Assembly (NCBI GenBank): GCA_963847685.1
Contig: CAWKAU010000023.1
Coordinates: 35,115-99,114 of the forward strand
Direction: 5' to 3'
DNA: 64,000 nucleotides
Source: an uncultured Acidobacteriaceae bacterium
Lineage (GTDB): Bacteria; Acidobacteriota; Terriglobia; Terriglobales; Acidobacteriaceae
In this document: in pieces, positions 48,007 to 59,452 of the stretch
Layout of the letters: every line of letters starts with the position of its first letter
Position numbering within the stretch: the first letter of the stretch is position 1
Translations under genes and position numbers: made by a program
Notes under the pieces: model-generated
Databases searched by the model: none
Told to the model about the DNA's origin: nothing
What the model saw: only the letters and a program-made list of their open reading frames with translations

Positions 48007-48393
48007 ATGCCCGGCCCGAAGTTGTCGAAGCTCGAACTACAGATCATGGAAACTCTCTGGACTCGCGGCGAGGTGTCCATCCGCGAGATTCAAGAGAGCT
48101 TTCCCGAAAAATCCAGGCCGTCCTATGGAACCATCCAGATCACGATCTACCGGATGGAAGAGAAAAATATCCTGCGCCGCACAAAGAAGGTTGGCAACTT
48201 TCACCTCTTTGCGCCGCTCATCTCCCGAGATGCCGCGCAACTGAGATTGATCGATGAACTGGTCGCGATGTTCGGCGGGCGCTCCCAGTTGGTCATGATG
48301 CATCTTGTCAGGTCCGGGAAGCTAAGGCTGGAGGACGTGAAAGAGGCCGAGCGGGAACTCAAGAGACTGCAGCGTAAGGACAAATCGCCATGA
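48007..48393 (+). CDS. blaI: BlaI/MecI/CopY family transcriptional repressor
   Basis: LSKLELQIMETLWTRGEVSIREIQESFPEKSRPSYGTIQITIYRMEEKNILRR. An RBS ggagg lies upstream of the ATG at 48007. Confidence 0.85.
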   Translation: MPGPKLSKLELQIMETLWTRGEVSIREIQESFPEKSRPSYGTIQITIYRMEEKNILRRTKKVGNFHLFAPLISRDAAQLRLIDELVAMFGGRSQLVMMHLVRSGKLRLEDVKEAERELKRLQRKDKSP

Positions 48394-48599
48394 CCCCCGA
48401 ATCTCTTTCGCCGATGTGGGCGGATGGGGTGCGTGGTTTGTGCAATCACCTGTGGCAGTCCACACTCTTCGTTGGCGTCGTCGCGTTGCTCGCACTCCTG
48501 TTGCGAGAGAACCAGGCGCGGATACGGTACTGGCTGTGGATGGCAGCATCGGCCAAACGATCACGTGGATCATCCGTCGCCGAATTAAAAGAGCGGTAA
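48390..48599 (+). pseudogene. truncated BlaR1/M56 peptidase sensor (first ~55 aa only)
   Basis: An ATGA overlap joins it to blaI. LCNHLWQSTLFVGVVALLALLLRENQARIRYWLWMAASAK is the usual first TM region of M56 sensors. The frame then diverges and stops at 48599, and the next gene starts at 48768. Confidence 0.6.
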
Positions 48600-48767
48600 G
48601 GCGACTTCGCGAATTGAGACCTCCGTTACCGTTCTGGCATTTTGTATGACAACACGATCAGAGCGATCCCGACGATAATTGCAGACTCCGCCTGTCACCC
48701 CCTTTGCCTGAATCCCTGTCTACGGGATAGCCGGGCATAATAGTTAGGAGGCTGGAACAGGATTTCT

Positions 48768-49751
48768 ATGACCGCAGAGAGCTTTCAAGAAACGGGTTTG
48801 CCGACGATTGATGAAATTAAACAGGCGCAGCAGTTGGTGTATGAGGTTATGCCGCCCACTGCGCAGTTCGTTTGGCCTTTGCTGTGTGAGCGCCTGGGTG
48901 GCGAAGTGTGGGTCAAACACGAGAACCACACCCCAATCGGGGCGTTCAAGGCGCGCACAGCGGTCGTCTATACGGCACAGCTCTTTCGTGATGGGCAACA
49001 TCTGCCGGGACTGGTCACGGCGACGCGGGGCAATCATGGCCAGGCGGTCGCGCTGGCGGCGCACAGGTTCGAGGCGCCAGCGCATATAGTCGTGCCCAAG
49101 GGAAACAGTGCGGAAAAGAATGCTGCGATGCGGGCGCAGGGAGCCGAGCTCATAGAATTCGGCGAGGACTTCCAGGAGTCCAAGGAGCATGCACAAAGGC
49201 TGGCCCAGCAGCATGGCTGGCACTTCGTTCCTAACTATCATCGCGACATCGTCAAGGGAGTCGCCACCTATTGGCTGGAGTTCTTTGCTGCGGTGCCCGA
49301 TCTGCAGGTGGTTTACGTGCCCATCGGGCAGGGTTCGGGTATCTGCTCCTGCTGTGCGGTTCGCAACGGGCTAAAGCTGAAGACGAAAATTGTGGGTGTT
49401 GTCGCTGAAGGCGCGCCCGCTTATGCGCTCTCGTTCGAAGCGGGACGCAAGATCGCGGCTCCTGTAACCACGTACCTTGCCGACGGAATGGCTTGCCGTG
49501 TGCCCGACGATGCTGCGCTTGCAGTGATACTCGGCAATGTAGACCGCATGGTGCGCGTGAGTGAGGAAGAAATTCGCATGGCCATGAAGTTCTACTTTAC
49601 AGATACGCACAACGTGGTGGAGGGAGCAGGTGCGGCCGGCCTGGCCGCGGCGCTGAAAGAGAGGCAGCTTATCCGGGGAAAACGCATCGGCCTGGTAGCG
49701 ACTGGCGGCAACGTCGACCACGATGTTTTTGCCCGGGTGCTCCAGGATTGA
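48768..49751 (+). CDS. PLP-dependent threonine/serine ammonia-lyase (threonine dehydratase family)
   Basis: VWVKHENHTPIGAFKARTAV is the PLP-Lys motif, followed by VTATRGNHGQAVALAA and VPIGQGSGI. Confidence 0.85.
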   Translation: MTAESFQETGLPTIDEIKQAQQLVYEVMPPTAQFVWPLLCERLGGEVWVKHENHTPIGAFKARTAVVYTAQLFRDGQHLPGLVTATRGNHGQAVALAAHRFEAPAHIVVPKGNSAEKNAAMRAQGAELIEFGEDFQESKEHAQRLAQQHGWHFVPNYHRDIVKGVATYWLEFFAAVPDLQVVYVPIGQGSGICSCCAVRNGLKLKTKIVGVVAEGAPAYALSFEAGRKIAAPVTTYLADGMACRVPDDAALAVILGNVDRMVRVSEEEIRMAMKFYFTDTHNVVEGAGAAGLAAALKERQLIRGKRIGLVATGGNVDHDVFARVLQD

Positions 49752-49871
49752 GAGGACCTTCATCGGCCTCCCTCTTCCGGTTGCCGCGCCGCAAGCCCCG
49801 AGTTTCCTGGCGGGCTAACCGCCAAACGTCAGCCCAGCCCGGGAGGTCTGGGAATCGACTTTCGGGTTAGG

Positions 49872-51095
49872 CTATTTATCGAGGACGATCACGCTCGATG
49901 CGTCCGGAATCGGATACGGAGAGCCTGGGGCTTGCTTGATGCTGGTGGACGTGACGGTGTAAACATACAGCGCCCCGCTGCCTAGAGCGAACAGGTGGTT
50001 GTCTTTGTCCCAGCCAAACTGGAGAAATTGGACCTTTGGCTGGAGCAACCCGGTATAACGGGTGACTGGGTTCGCTTCGTGGAAATGAAAGACCTGGAAC
50101 CCGTTTCCCCCAGCCGCGAGCAGCTTTCCCGACGGCGAGACACTCAAAGCGCTCACGGATGGAAGGTCTGTAGCGAGCATGTTTTCATAGGTGCTATGGG
50201 TGGTCAGATCGCCGTGAGAGTCGGCTGAGTAGGTTGCCAGGACGGTGTTTCCTACGTACTCAACATCAGGGTAGTTGAAATCCTGATAAGCCATAACGAC
50301 GTGATCCGTCGCATCCGTAGCCAGTGCCGACATGCAGTACACGTTGTCCTGGGGATCTTTGGGGCTCGGTATCGCGATGGAACTGTTCGAAGAGGTCAAT
50401 CGTCCGCTGCTCTCTCGAGCATAGGCCGTCGGAGCCGCACCGATGTCGCCATCGAAATCAGCACAGGCTGCCTGGTAGGCGTACTTATTATTTCCCAGGA
50501 AATAGATCGGTCCATCAAAGAACGCGCCGACCCCGTCCGTTGGATTAGGTACGTCTCCGAGGAACTGAAGGTCGCCGTTTGGCTCGATCTTGAAGGATTG
50601 GAAATACACAGTGGCGTCGCAAGTATCGGCCACCTGGTTGTACAGAGTTGAGCCGGTATCGTCGATTTGCACTGGCCAGAACTTGCCGCAAGCTGGACTG
50701 TAGTTCTGGGCATTCACCTGGCTGACCTGTTTGAGAGCACCATTGGCTGCGATCGAGAACGTATAGACATTCTCCTGGTCGTCTCCCGGGCCGAAGAGAA
50801 ATTTCTTTTTGACCGACAGGCTTGAAATGCTGGCTTCAAAAGGTGAGCCGGGCACAGGAGTGAGCTTTCCCGATGAGGCGACAGCAAAACCATCGATGTG
50901 GGTTGGCCTGGTGACATAGACAAACGCAACGGGTGACGGGGCAGAGTCAGCACTTACGCCGTTCTGATCGGAGAGTATCTGGGCCCAACCGGACGCTACG
51001 GAGAGTACGGTGGCCACTGAGACGGCAATGGTGCGGCGACGGGTGGAAGTGAACCGGGCAGCCGGGGTAGCGATTCGATTCATAGGTTTCTTCAT
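49872..51095 (-). CDS. secreted beta-propeller protein (lactonase-like, 7-bladed type)
   Basis: It has a signal peptide, then repeated blade-like segments (VYVTRP...IDGFAV.SSGKLTPVPGSPF; VYTFSIAANGALKQV; LYVYTVTSTSIKQAPGSPY). The functional call is tentative. Confidence 0.6.
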   Translation of the reverse strand: MKKPMNRIATPAARFTSTRRRTIAVSVATVLSVASGWAQILSDQNGVSADSAPSPVAFVYVTRPTHIDGFAVASSGKLTPVPGSPFEASISSLSVKKKFLFGPGDDQENVYTFSIAANGALKQVSQVNAQNYSPACGKFWPVQIDDTGSTLYNQVADTCDATVYFQSFKIEPNGDLQFLGDVPNPTDGVGAFFDGPIYFLGNNKYAYQAACADFDGDIGAAPTAYARESSGRLTSSNSSIAIPSPKDPQDNVYCMSALATDATDHVVMAYQDFNYPDVEYVGNTVLATYSADSHGDLTTHSTYENMLATDLPSVSALSVSPSGKLLAAGGNGFQVFHFHEANPVTRYTGLLQPKVQFLQFGWDKDNHLFALGSGALYVYTVTSTSIKQAPGSPYPIPDASSVIVLDK

Positions 51096-51391
51096 GGCTT
51101 AACTCCTTAGGGCGCTGATCGTTCTGTCCTTCTGTTTCTAACAGCGCAAAATCGCGGCAAAAGCCATCATCGGAGCTCAAAATATTTCCTGAGCTTTCCG
51201 TTGGAATCAGAAACAGCCGAAAAGGACGCGCCCGGGTTGCCGAGGGAAACGTTTCCCGCAATTTCCAAACCGTGCAATTGGGCCGATGCCGTCGAGGGCT
51301 GAGGCGGGACAGGGGAAAGGTTCCCCAAGATTCGCAGTGAGCAAACCTCCAGATCGTGGGGGTACTTTTCGTCTGCCTCTAGCCACGACTT

Positions 51392-51422
51392 GGCCACGCT
51401 ATTCCTGTTTCATAGCGTGGCC
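51392..51422. terminator. perfect 10-bp hairpin downstream of the VOC gene
   Basis: ggccacgcta-ttcctgtttca-tagcgtggcc, starting 28 nt past the stop at 51450 on the minus strand. There is no clear U-tract. Confidence 0.4.
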
Positions 51423-51449
51423 AGGCCTGGATAAGAAGAAGTTGGCTGT

Positions 51450-52217
51450 TTATTCGTTGCTACTGACGAGAGAAAACATGGCTCCCTGGGGGTCCTGGCC
51501 CTGGATGATCCAGCTCCCTCCGGGTACCTGCATCGGACCGTTGAGGATCGTCCCGCCGCCGGATTCGACGCGTTGGATGGCAGCCTTGATGGAGTCGACG
51601 TGGAAGTAGAAGTTCCAGCATGAGACAGGTATTTGCGGGGCTTTGGTCATCATCCCGCCGTCGCCCATTTGCTTGTGGTCGCCTTCATCGAAGATGCGAT
51701 AGACGCCCATGGGTCCCATGTCCATATCGCTCACCTTGGTCCAGCCAAAGAGCTTGTTGTAGAAGCCGAATCCGCTTTCGAGGTCGGTGGTGTAGAGCTC
51801 GTGCCAGCCGATAGTGCCAGCGGCCGGCGGCGCGGGGCGTTCCGGCGAGGGCATGCTGGGGTCGGGCGTGAAGACCACAATGGCAGCACCCTGCGGGTCG
51901 GACATGACGGCGAAGCGAAGCATTCCGGGGACGTCGGTGGCGGGTTTCCATAGTTTGCCGCCGGCTTCGACAATTTTTTCGATGTGAGCATCAACATCAT
52001 CGACGGCGATGTAGCCTATCCAGGCGGTTTGTCCGGGAATGTTCAACATCCCGGCGATTCCAACCTCACCGAGGTTGAAGGTGGTGTACTGCGGGCCCTC
52101 CGCACCGGGCATCTCCTGGGTCGCCCAGCCGACAACGTCAGAGTAAAACTTGCCGGCGGCCTTGGTGTCGCTGGTCATCAGTTCGTACCAGCCGAACTTT
52201 CCTTTTGGGGTAAACAT
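51450..52217 (-). CDS. two-domain VOC (glyoxalase/bleomycin-resistance) family protein
   Basis: It contains two repeats of the G.F.WYEL / GTIGWHELYT ... P.G....V.DPQGA motif. An RBS aggag precedes the ATG at 52217. Confidence 0.85.
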   Translation of the reverse strand: MFTPKGKFGWYELMTSDTKAAGKFYSDVVGWATQEMPGAEGPQYTTFNLGEVGIAGMLNIPGQTAWIGYIAVDDVDAHIEKIVEAGGKLWKPATDVPGMLRFAVMSDPQGAAIVVFTPDPSMPSPERPAPPAAGTIGWHELYTTDLESGFGFYNKLFGWTKVSDMDMGPMGVYRIFDEGDHKQMGDGGMMTKAPQIPVSCWNFYFHVDSIKAAIQRVESGGGTILNGPMQVPGGSWIIQGQDPQGAMFSLVSSNE

Positions 52218-52337
52218 TGCGAGATTTCTCCTTGTTGGCGCCGCACGACGGGATATTTCCGTCCAGTGGACTGGTAACGTTGATATCAACATAGTCAAAG
52301 GTATGTCAATGCGCTCGAGGGTTAATTTTGGTGCACC

Positions 52338-55051
52338 TTAGTGCTGCGAGTTGCCGGCGGCGGGGAGGATGGTCGAGCTGACGTTCATGAGGTGGTAGTT
52401 GCCATACGTCGCGAGGAAGCTCCACTTGAAGCGCCCCCCATCGAGGGACGATGCCTTGGAGGAGATGGTTCTGGGCAGCCAGAAAGGCTTGCCGTCCATC
52501 ATGACGCGCGCGTAGTCGATGTACCAGGACCAGGAGACCGGGAACTTTGAACCTTCATTGTGGTGCCGGGGCCACTGTTGCTCGAGACGGACAATCTGCA
52601 TCGAAGATGGATCGATGAAGGCACGGCCGGTGGTCTGTTCACTCACGGGACATTGGATACCGGCGGGGAGAGGTGACCTGAGGGCGAATTCGAGAACGAG
52701 GACGTCCGCGTGGAATAAGATGGCGTCGCCAGGCTTGTGGCGCATGTTGGGGAGCAGGCGGTACTCGTAACAGTCTTTGAACTCTGGCGAGAAAACATTG
52801 GGAGCGCGGCTAAACGCCCCGACCAGAATGGCGGGGCCGGCCAGGGACTGACCTTTGGCGGCGGGTTGATGATCGACATATCTGATTTCGCGGGACTCGA
52901 CCAGGTCGGCGGTCTTGCCATCGGCACTGAAACGCTTGAGTCGAAAGATGGAGTCGATGGTGGAATCGACAGTGGTCTCCAACTCGCTGTCGTAGACACC
53001 GCTCTTCGAGGGATTGCTATATGGGGTGCTTACGCTGGAGACCACATGCTCATCGGCGAAGACGTTGGGGAGGGAGGATAGGGATTGGACAAAGTTGTCC
53101 CACACACGGACCAGAAGGTTGGCGGTGGCGGGGTCGGACGCTGAGGACGTCTGAGCCGGCTGAGGGTTTGGCAGCCCGCCTGGCTGCGACGCTTGCGGGG
53201 GCTGAACCGGCGTCGCCGAGGTTGCCGGGGTGTCAGGAATGATCTTTGGGATTTTTAGGGGAATATCTACGTTGCGGGACAAGGCGGTCAGGCGCTGCTC
53301 AGAATCGGTCACCACTTCGCGTATCCGATAGCTGCCAGGCTTCAGTTGAAAGTCCATGCTCGACATCCATCCCCGCCTTGAGAAACTCCGGCAACTGTCC
53401 ATCCGCAACATCTACGGTTGCGTGCCGCTGCTGGGCAATCACCAGATTTTCTTTTTGATCGAAGACACCAAGAATAAAGGTCAACGTATCGAGGTTGTGG
53501 TCCCCTTCCTTTTGCAAATGGAGCGATTGGGGGTCCACGTGGGACAACAACGACAGCTCGTGTGTTTCTCCCTGCCCCTCTGAGACTTTAGCGTCCAGAA
53601 CAACCGGAAACTGTGCGATTTCAGTTTTCGAAAGGAGCGTTTCCCGCATCTGCTCCTGCACTTGATCGGCGGCACTGGAAGCTTCTACTTCCCTGGCCTG
53701 CGCCTTTGCCTCAGCTTCATTCCCAGGCGGCGAAATAGCCGCGACGAGCCTGGATGCTATACGCCGGCACCTTCTCGGCCAGCGTGACCTTCAACTGGTG
53801 AAATTTGCCGTCCGGTTTAAGGTCCTTGGGAGCGAAGGCCAGGATATAGGCGCCGGGAGATCCCGCCAATCGCCCAAATCCGGCCCTTCAGATCGTTGTT
53901 GTTGTGAAAGAATTCGCCGCCGGTGCCTTCCGCAACCTGTGCCAATACATCCGTTGCGACCACTTCCCTGTTTTGGTCCAGGCGATGCATCGCTCCTGCT
54001 CGCCACTCCTGCCCGCCGGAAGGTTATCCTGGGATGCGTCCACCTGGCGCACGAGGACCGCCAGCCCTCTTGGGTCGAGCGAACTGATGACCACCTGTAA
54101 ACGCAGCGCCTGGTCGATGATCCGCTCCAATTGAAACTGGTCTGTCCTCCAACAGGAAGCCGGGGGAACCCAAAATGACGGTTCGCTGACCGGGCATCTG
54201 CGCCGTGTACTTCACCACTTGCTCAAGTTCCCGCAGGTTGGAGCGCGCTGAGTATTTCAGCTTGGCCCGCAACCGTGGTCGCTCGACCAAGAAGGAAATT
54301 CCTATCTGGAATCGGGATCCCTAGCAAGCAACCGCCCGCCGCTGCCTCTTGGTACGCCAATCCCCAGGCATCTGACGTGTTCCAAGGATTGTTGAGATCG
54401 AGTCTGCCCACGGTTTTCAGTCATTTCCAGCGCCTGATAGTCGGAGAGGTCCGGGCAATCATGCACAGGGGCGAGAGCGCGTGGACTGGCCCGGAGCCTG
54501 GACAGGGCTTCATGGATCTGCTTCGGGTCAGAGGTAAAGTCGGAAAGCATTTCCCCGGAAGTGAAGATGGCTACACGGTCCGCCGGTTGGAGATCAGCAG
54601 CAAGGTAGTCATCGGCAGCCCGGCGTACCTGCATCATGTCGAGATCGGAGGTGTACAGGTCGTCAAAGTAGAGAGCCAGAAACCGTCCTGGCAATGCGGA
54701 GGAAAGAGATGCGCCGGCTTTCCCTGGCCTATGAGCGACAACCGGAGGCGAAGGTGGTGGCTCAACCGCAGACTCCACCTCAAATTGCGCGATCGGCTGC
54801 TCCTTGCCGGAATCGAAGAGCTTGAAGTCCTCCTTCCGAAGGCCCTTAACCGGCTTACCCTGCGCGTCACGCACGACTACCCGCACCACCACCAGGTTAC
54901 TGTTTACCTTTAACCGGGTTGCGGGTAGGTTGCTTGCGGTGGTGTTTGTCTGGACTTGGGCGCTTGCCGGCTTAACGGGAAATACCAAGGCTGCCAACAG
55001 CGCCGCCGCGATCGCAAGAGATGGGGCAAGGCGAATCCTGAGGCTGAGCAT
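52338..55051 (-). pseudogene. VWFA-related acidobacterial-type secreted protein, frame broken about 7 times
   Basis: It has a signal peptide and RLKVNSNLVVVRVVVRDAQGKPVKGLRKEDFKLFDSGKEQPIAQF. The VWA-like part reads FLALYFDDL...DRVAIFTSG...RTVILGSPGF...VVISSLDPRGL...GTGGEFFHNNNDL. The C-terminal FQLKPGSYRIREVVTDS is followed by an extra ~270-aa region. A continuous protein needs frame changes near 54405, 54295, 54140, 54000, 53885, 53725 and 53355. Confidence 0.65.
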
Positions 55052-55208
55052 GGACTCTACCTCCGACGCGAAAAGTCTAGCATTCTGCAACAGCGCCCGG
55101 CAAAGGCAGGACCGTTACGATCGTCGAATATACCGGCTGTGGGTTTTCTGCGAATTTTGACTGAGCAATAGCCGCACCGTAAGATGAAGCTGCCGCCAAG
55201 CCCTATTC

Positions 55209-58037
55209 ATGATTGGACAGACCGTTTCTCACTACCGCATCGTTGAAAAACTTGGCGGCGGCGGCATGGGCGTCGTCTATAAGGCCGAGGACGTTCGGCT
55301 GCATCGTTTTGTCGCCCTCAAATTCCTACCCGATGCCGTAGCCCGCGACCCGCAAACGCTCGCGCGCTTTCAACGTGAGGCACAAGCCGCGTCCGCACTG
55401 AGCCATCCCAACATCTGTACCATTTACGACATTGGTGAACAGGATGGGCAGGCGTTTATTGCCATGGAGTACTTAGATGGCGTAACGCTGAAGGAACGCA
55501 TTACCGGCAATCCGATCGAGACCGAACTGCTGCTCCATTCAGCCATCCAGATCGCCGATGCGCTGGATGCCGCCCACTCCAAAGGCATCGTTCACCGCGA
55601 CATCAAGCCGGCCAATATTTTCGTAACCCAGGGCGGGCACACCAAGATTCTGGATTTCGGGCTGGCTAAGGTGGTCGCCGCCAGCAACGTTGCCTCGGCC
55701 AATACGATGATGGCCACCATGGATGAGCATCTGACCAGCCCCGGTTCCACCCTGGGCACGATTGCCTACATGTCACCGGAACAGGTGCGGGCCCGTGAAC
55801 TGGATGCGCGCACGGACCTTTTCTCCTTTGGGGCAGTCCTCTATGAGATGGCGACGGGGATGCTCCCTTTCCGGGGTGAGAGCTCTGCGATCGTATCGGA
55901 AGCGATTATGAATCGCGATCCGGTTCCGGCGGTGCGGCTCAATCCCAACGTGGCGCCCGAACTTGAGCGGATTATCAACAAAGCCCTGGAAAAGGATCGC
56001 GAGCTGCGATACCAACACGCGTCTGAAATGCGCTCCGACCTGAAGCGCCTGAAGAGAGATAGCGATTCCAGTCAGGGCTTCGGTCGCGGCTGCCGCCACC
56101 CTCCAGCGGGCCTATGTCCAGGCCCCAGGGTGAACAGGATTCGAGCAGGGCAGAATCGGAGCGCGGTGAGTGGGGTGGCTGCCTCCCGCCATTCCTTTGA
56201 ACACAGCTCCGATTCACAGGTGGTCTTGAGCCTGGCGAAGCGGCACAAGAGAGCGATTGGCGCGGTGGTCGCCTGCCTAATCGTAATTGCAGTTGTTCTC
56301 TATGGTTTCTATCGAAGGTCCGGCCCAGCCCCGGCGCCGGTTCACCTGGCATTTCGCCAATTGACCTTCAATGGCCAGGCGGAGGGCGCGGCGATCTCCG
56401 CCGACGGCAAATTTCTGGCCTACGTTCGCAACACGCCTGCGGGCGCTACGCTGCACACGCTCTCGATCGCCACTGCCAGCGATGTGGAGATCGTACCCGC
56501 AGGCAACGGCTGCTGCCGGGCTCCCTCCTTTACCCCGGATGGCAACTTTGTTTATTTCTACGCAGACAGCTGGATCGAGTCCGTTCCCCTGCTGGGCGGC
56601 CCAGTGCGCAAAATCATCGGCGGAGCGACGAGCGGCGCCGGCTTTTCTCCTGACGGCAGCCGCATCGCCTTCGTGCACGAAAATCAAGGTGTGCTGGTCA
56701 GCGACCTGATGATTTCGAACGCTGACGGTTCCAATGCGCAAACCGTGGCGACCACAGGGACCGGCAATTTCTTTATCAGCTTTACGCTTGGGGGTGGCTC
56801 CACTCCCAGCCATCCTGCATGGTCGCCGGATGGTCAATCGATCGCCCTGGTTGAACTGACAAATCATGCCGAGGCGATAAAGGTTGTGATCGCTAGTCCT
56901 CACGGGGGTGGTCTCGTTACCCTGGAAAAGACAAGCGTTCCCGGAGGGTATGGAGGGCTCGACTGGGAAAACAGCGGACGAGGTCTGATTGCTGTCGCCG
57001 GCGCATCGCTTTCCGGCTACCCACAGATATTTCGGCTGTCCTACCCGGACGGGATCATGACCCGGTTAACCAACGACTTCACCGGCTACGACGGTGTCTC
57101 GGTCTCCGCCTCGGGATCGTTCGTCACACTGCACAGCGTGCCTCAATACTCTGTCTATGTGGATAAGGGGACGAAACCAGGCACGGAGCTGCGGACAATC
57201 TCCACAAGTACTGGAACCTCCGATGGCGTGAGTGGAATCGCCTGGACGCCGAACGGCGAACTGGTGATCAGCCGAAGCCTGGACGGCCGCGGCCAACTGT
57301 GGCTGGAGGACGCGGACGGCGGCCGCGCACACCCCATCGTAGACAACCGCTGGCAGCCCGGCATCCCACAGGTTGCACCCAACGGACAAATCGTCTTCGA
57401 CCAGAATGATCAATCGGAGAATGTTTGGCGCGTAAATCCTGACGGCACGGAGCTGACAAATTTAACTCCGAAGCAATTAGCACTTTACCCGGCAATTGGC
57501 CTGGGGGGCAAATGGATCTTTTTTATAGGCATCTCGCCGGAGAAGCTCGAGCAGAAGTTGCTCCGAGTTCCTCTGCAGGGCGGCGAGATCAGCGCGGTTT
57601 GGCCTGGGTTTGTTTTCGTTGATGGGCTTGCGATTTCGCCCGATGGCGGCCGGGCGATACTGGTGAGCCGCGACGCCGAGGGGAAACACGTCCCCACAAT
57701 CGTCGACCTTACAGCCACGCCGGCTACGGCGACGCAATTGGCCGCGCCATTCTCTACGGTCAGGGAGTACAAGCGCGCGAATTTTGCCTGGACTCCGGAC
57801 GGCCGCACGATTTCCTACGTGGTTCGGCAGGGCCTGGTGGATAATCTCTGGATTCTGCCCGTCAATGGCGGAAAGCCTTCTCAGCTTACTCATTTTCCTG
57901 ACCTGCAAATTGCTTCGTATGCCTGGTCCCACGACGGACGCCTGGCAATCAGCCGTGGCCAACCGAATACGGATGTCGTGTTGGCGACGCCCTCGAGTTC
58001 GGAAGAGAACGGGGCTGGCGAGAGTAAGCAACCCTAG
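55209..58037 (+). CDS. Ser/Thr protein kinase with TM segment and TolB-like (PD40/WD40-like) beta-propeller
   Basis: Kinase motifs are [32 protein letters not shown] and YMSPEQ. The TM segment is [21 protein letters not shown]40-like repeats include [33 protein letters not shown] and [11 protein letters not shown]. Confidence 0.9.
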   Translation: MIGQTVSHYRIVEKLGGGGMGVVYKAEDVRLHRFVALKFLPDAVARDPQTLARFQREAQAASALSHPNICTIYDIGEQDGQAFIAMEYLDGVTLKERITGNPIETELLLHSAIQIADALDAAHSKGIVHRDIKPANIFVTQGGHTKILDFGLAKVVAASNVASANTMMATMDEHLTSPGSTLGTIAYMSPEQVRARELDARTDLFSFGAVLYEMATGMLPFRGESSAIVSEAIMNRDPVPAVRLNPNVAPELERIINKALEKDRELRYQHASEMRSDLKRLKRDSDSSQGFGRGCRHPPAGLCPGPRVNRIRAGQNRSAVSGVAASRHSFEHSSDSQVVLSLAKRHKRAIGAVVACLIVIAVVLYGFYRRSGPAPAPVHLAFRQLTFNGQAEGAAISADGKFLAYVRNTPAGATLHTLSIATASDVEIVPAGNGCCRAPSFTPDGNFVYFYADSWIESVPLLGGPVRKIIGGATSGAGFSPDGSRIAFVHENQGVLVSDLMISNADGSNAQTVATTGTGNFFISFTLGGGSTPSHPAWSPDGQSIALVELTNHAEAIKVVIASPHGGGLVTLEKTSVPGGYGGLDWENSGRGLIAVAGASLSGYPQIFRLSYPDGIMTRLTNDFTGYDGVSVSASGSFVTLHSVPQYSVYVDKGTKPGTELRTISTSTGTSDGVSGIAWTPNGELVISRSLDGRGQLWLEDADGGRAHPIVDNRWQPGIPQVAPNGQIVFDQNDQSENVWRVNPDGTELTNLTPKQLALYPAIGLGGKWIFFIGISPEKLEQKLLRVPLQGGEISAVWPGFVFVDGLAISPDGGRAILVSRDAEGKHVPTIVDLTATPATATQLAAPFSTVREYKRANFAWTPDGRTISYVVRQGLVDNLWILPVNGGKPSQLTHFPDLQIASYAWSHDGRLAISRGQPNTDVVLATPSSSEENGAGESKQP

Positions 58038-58142
58038 GCTTACCCAGATCCCGACGGCGAAAAGCGGTGACGGAAAGATATGAAAAGATCGATTTGCTCG
58101 AGTTTTCGCGATTCTATTTTTGATTCCACATGCTTGCCAACG

Positions 58143-59048
58143 TCACGGTGCCGATTTCCGTTCACGTATTTCTGAAATGAGATGGAGTACGGCGTCGATC
58201 ACGATGTCGGGCCGGTCCCTGGATATGTGGTGCCCACTTCCTTCAGCAAAGATTGCCACACGCTTTGGGGAGGCCGCTCCAAATTCAGAGTGCGCGCGGC
58301 GCATCGCTGCAAGCTCGTCCGGTGCGTCAACCCAGGTATGTTCCGCAGTGATATCGATTACGGAGAGATTCAACGGTATGTGTACGTCGCGCATGTAACG
58401 CGCGGTCGCGGGATAGGCTTGATCCTGGCGTAATAGATTGCGGCCAAGGTCTGGGTTTTCCTTTATTAGATCTTCAGCCAGAGGTGTATAACGCGCGGAG
58501 ATGACCGCCGCTTCTTTATCGTCAAAAAAGGAAGGGATGTTCGCGTCTACCAAGACAAGACCTTTGACTTGCTTGTCCTCAGACGCGAGGATCTCGCTAA
58601 TGAACCCCCCATAGGAATGAGCCACTAACAGGATGGCCCCGTGAATGTCGCATTGATCCAGAGCATGTCGTAAGGCCGTGGCCTCGTCCTCGATCCGGTA
58701 AGGCCGCGGATTAGGGTCACTCTTCCCCAAACCGGCGCGGTCGTAAACTACGGTTCTTACTTTTGCCCGTTCCCGGATAACGGGTTCGATGTTGGACCAC
58801 TCGCTTGAATCCTCTCCGCCCCCGCTCTCGAAAACAACCGTTGGGGTCCCATGTCCCCTGCTTTGCATCCACAGCGCGTATCCGCCTACATCGACCTTCT
58901 GTCCAATGCAATCCGCAACCGCATCCCTACACCCGAACATTGTTATCGATAGAACCACCGTCGCGATGAGTCGCAAGGATACGCCGCGTGGCAGGCCGAT
59001 TGAAGAGGTCATCCAAACATGTACGTCTGTACTTACATTTTGTTCCAT
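58143..59048 (-). CDS. alpha/beta hydrolase (probable lipoprotein)
   Basis: GTPTVVFESGGGEDSSEW...LVAHSYGG (GxSxG-type nucleophile elbow)...GSGHH. A lipobox-like ITMFGC is present. The start is uncertain (59048, 59012 or the ORF-track 59174). Confidence 0.8.
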   Translation of the reverse strand: MEQNVSTDVHVWMTSSIGLPRGVSLRLIATVVLSITMFGCRDAVADCIGQKVDVGGYALWMQSRGHGTPTVVFESGGGEDSSEWSNIEPVIRERAKVRTVVYDRAGLGKSDPNPRPYRIEDEATALRHALDQCDIHGAILLVAHSYGGFISEILASEDKQVKGLVLVDANIPSFFDDKEAAVISARYTPLAEDLIKENPDLGRNLLRQDQAYPATARYMRDVHIPLNLSVIDITAEHTWVDAPDELAAMRRAHSEFGAASPKRVAIFAEGSGHHISRDRPDIVIDAVLHLISEIRERKSAP

Positions 59049-59452
59049 GCATCCCCTTCCAAATCGACGCTTATACAAGAAGTGTGGCCACACGTATTCT
59101 GAGAGTTGCGCCGTCCCATACAGAAGTCTCCACAAACACGGTTGTGTCCGTGAGTACGGCACGTTTGCTGCCAAAACATTTTGAGAAATGACCGTTCATT
59201 TACTAAGCACGTGGTTGATCGAGTCGTTCCCTCCACATCCCTTTGTTCAAAATCCAGAATTGGTGTTCGAGAATGGACAAGCCCTCACCGGCGCGTTCCT
59301 ACGCGAAAAAGGGGCGGGCTGCGTTGGGCCAGCCCGGAAAGCGCCACACCTTCGGTTTGACGATTCCCCGCATTTTGGTTGCCTTTCGCCACGCCGCTCG
59401 TGCACACTTAGTCCAGCACAAGCAATGAAACATCGCGGTTGGGACCTTTCTT

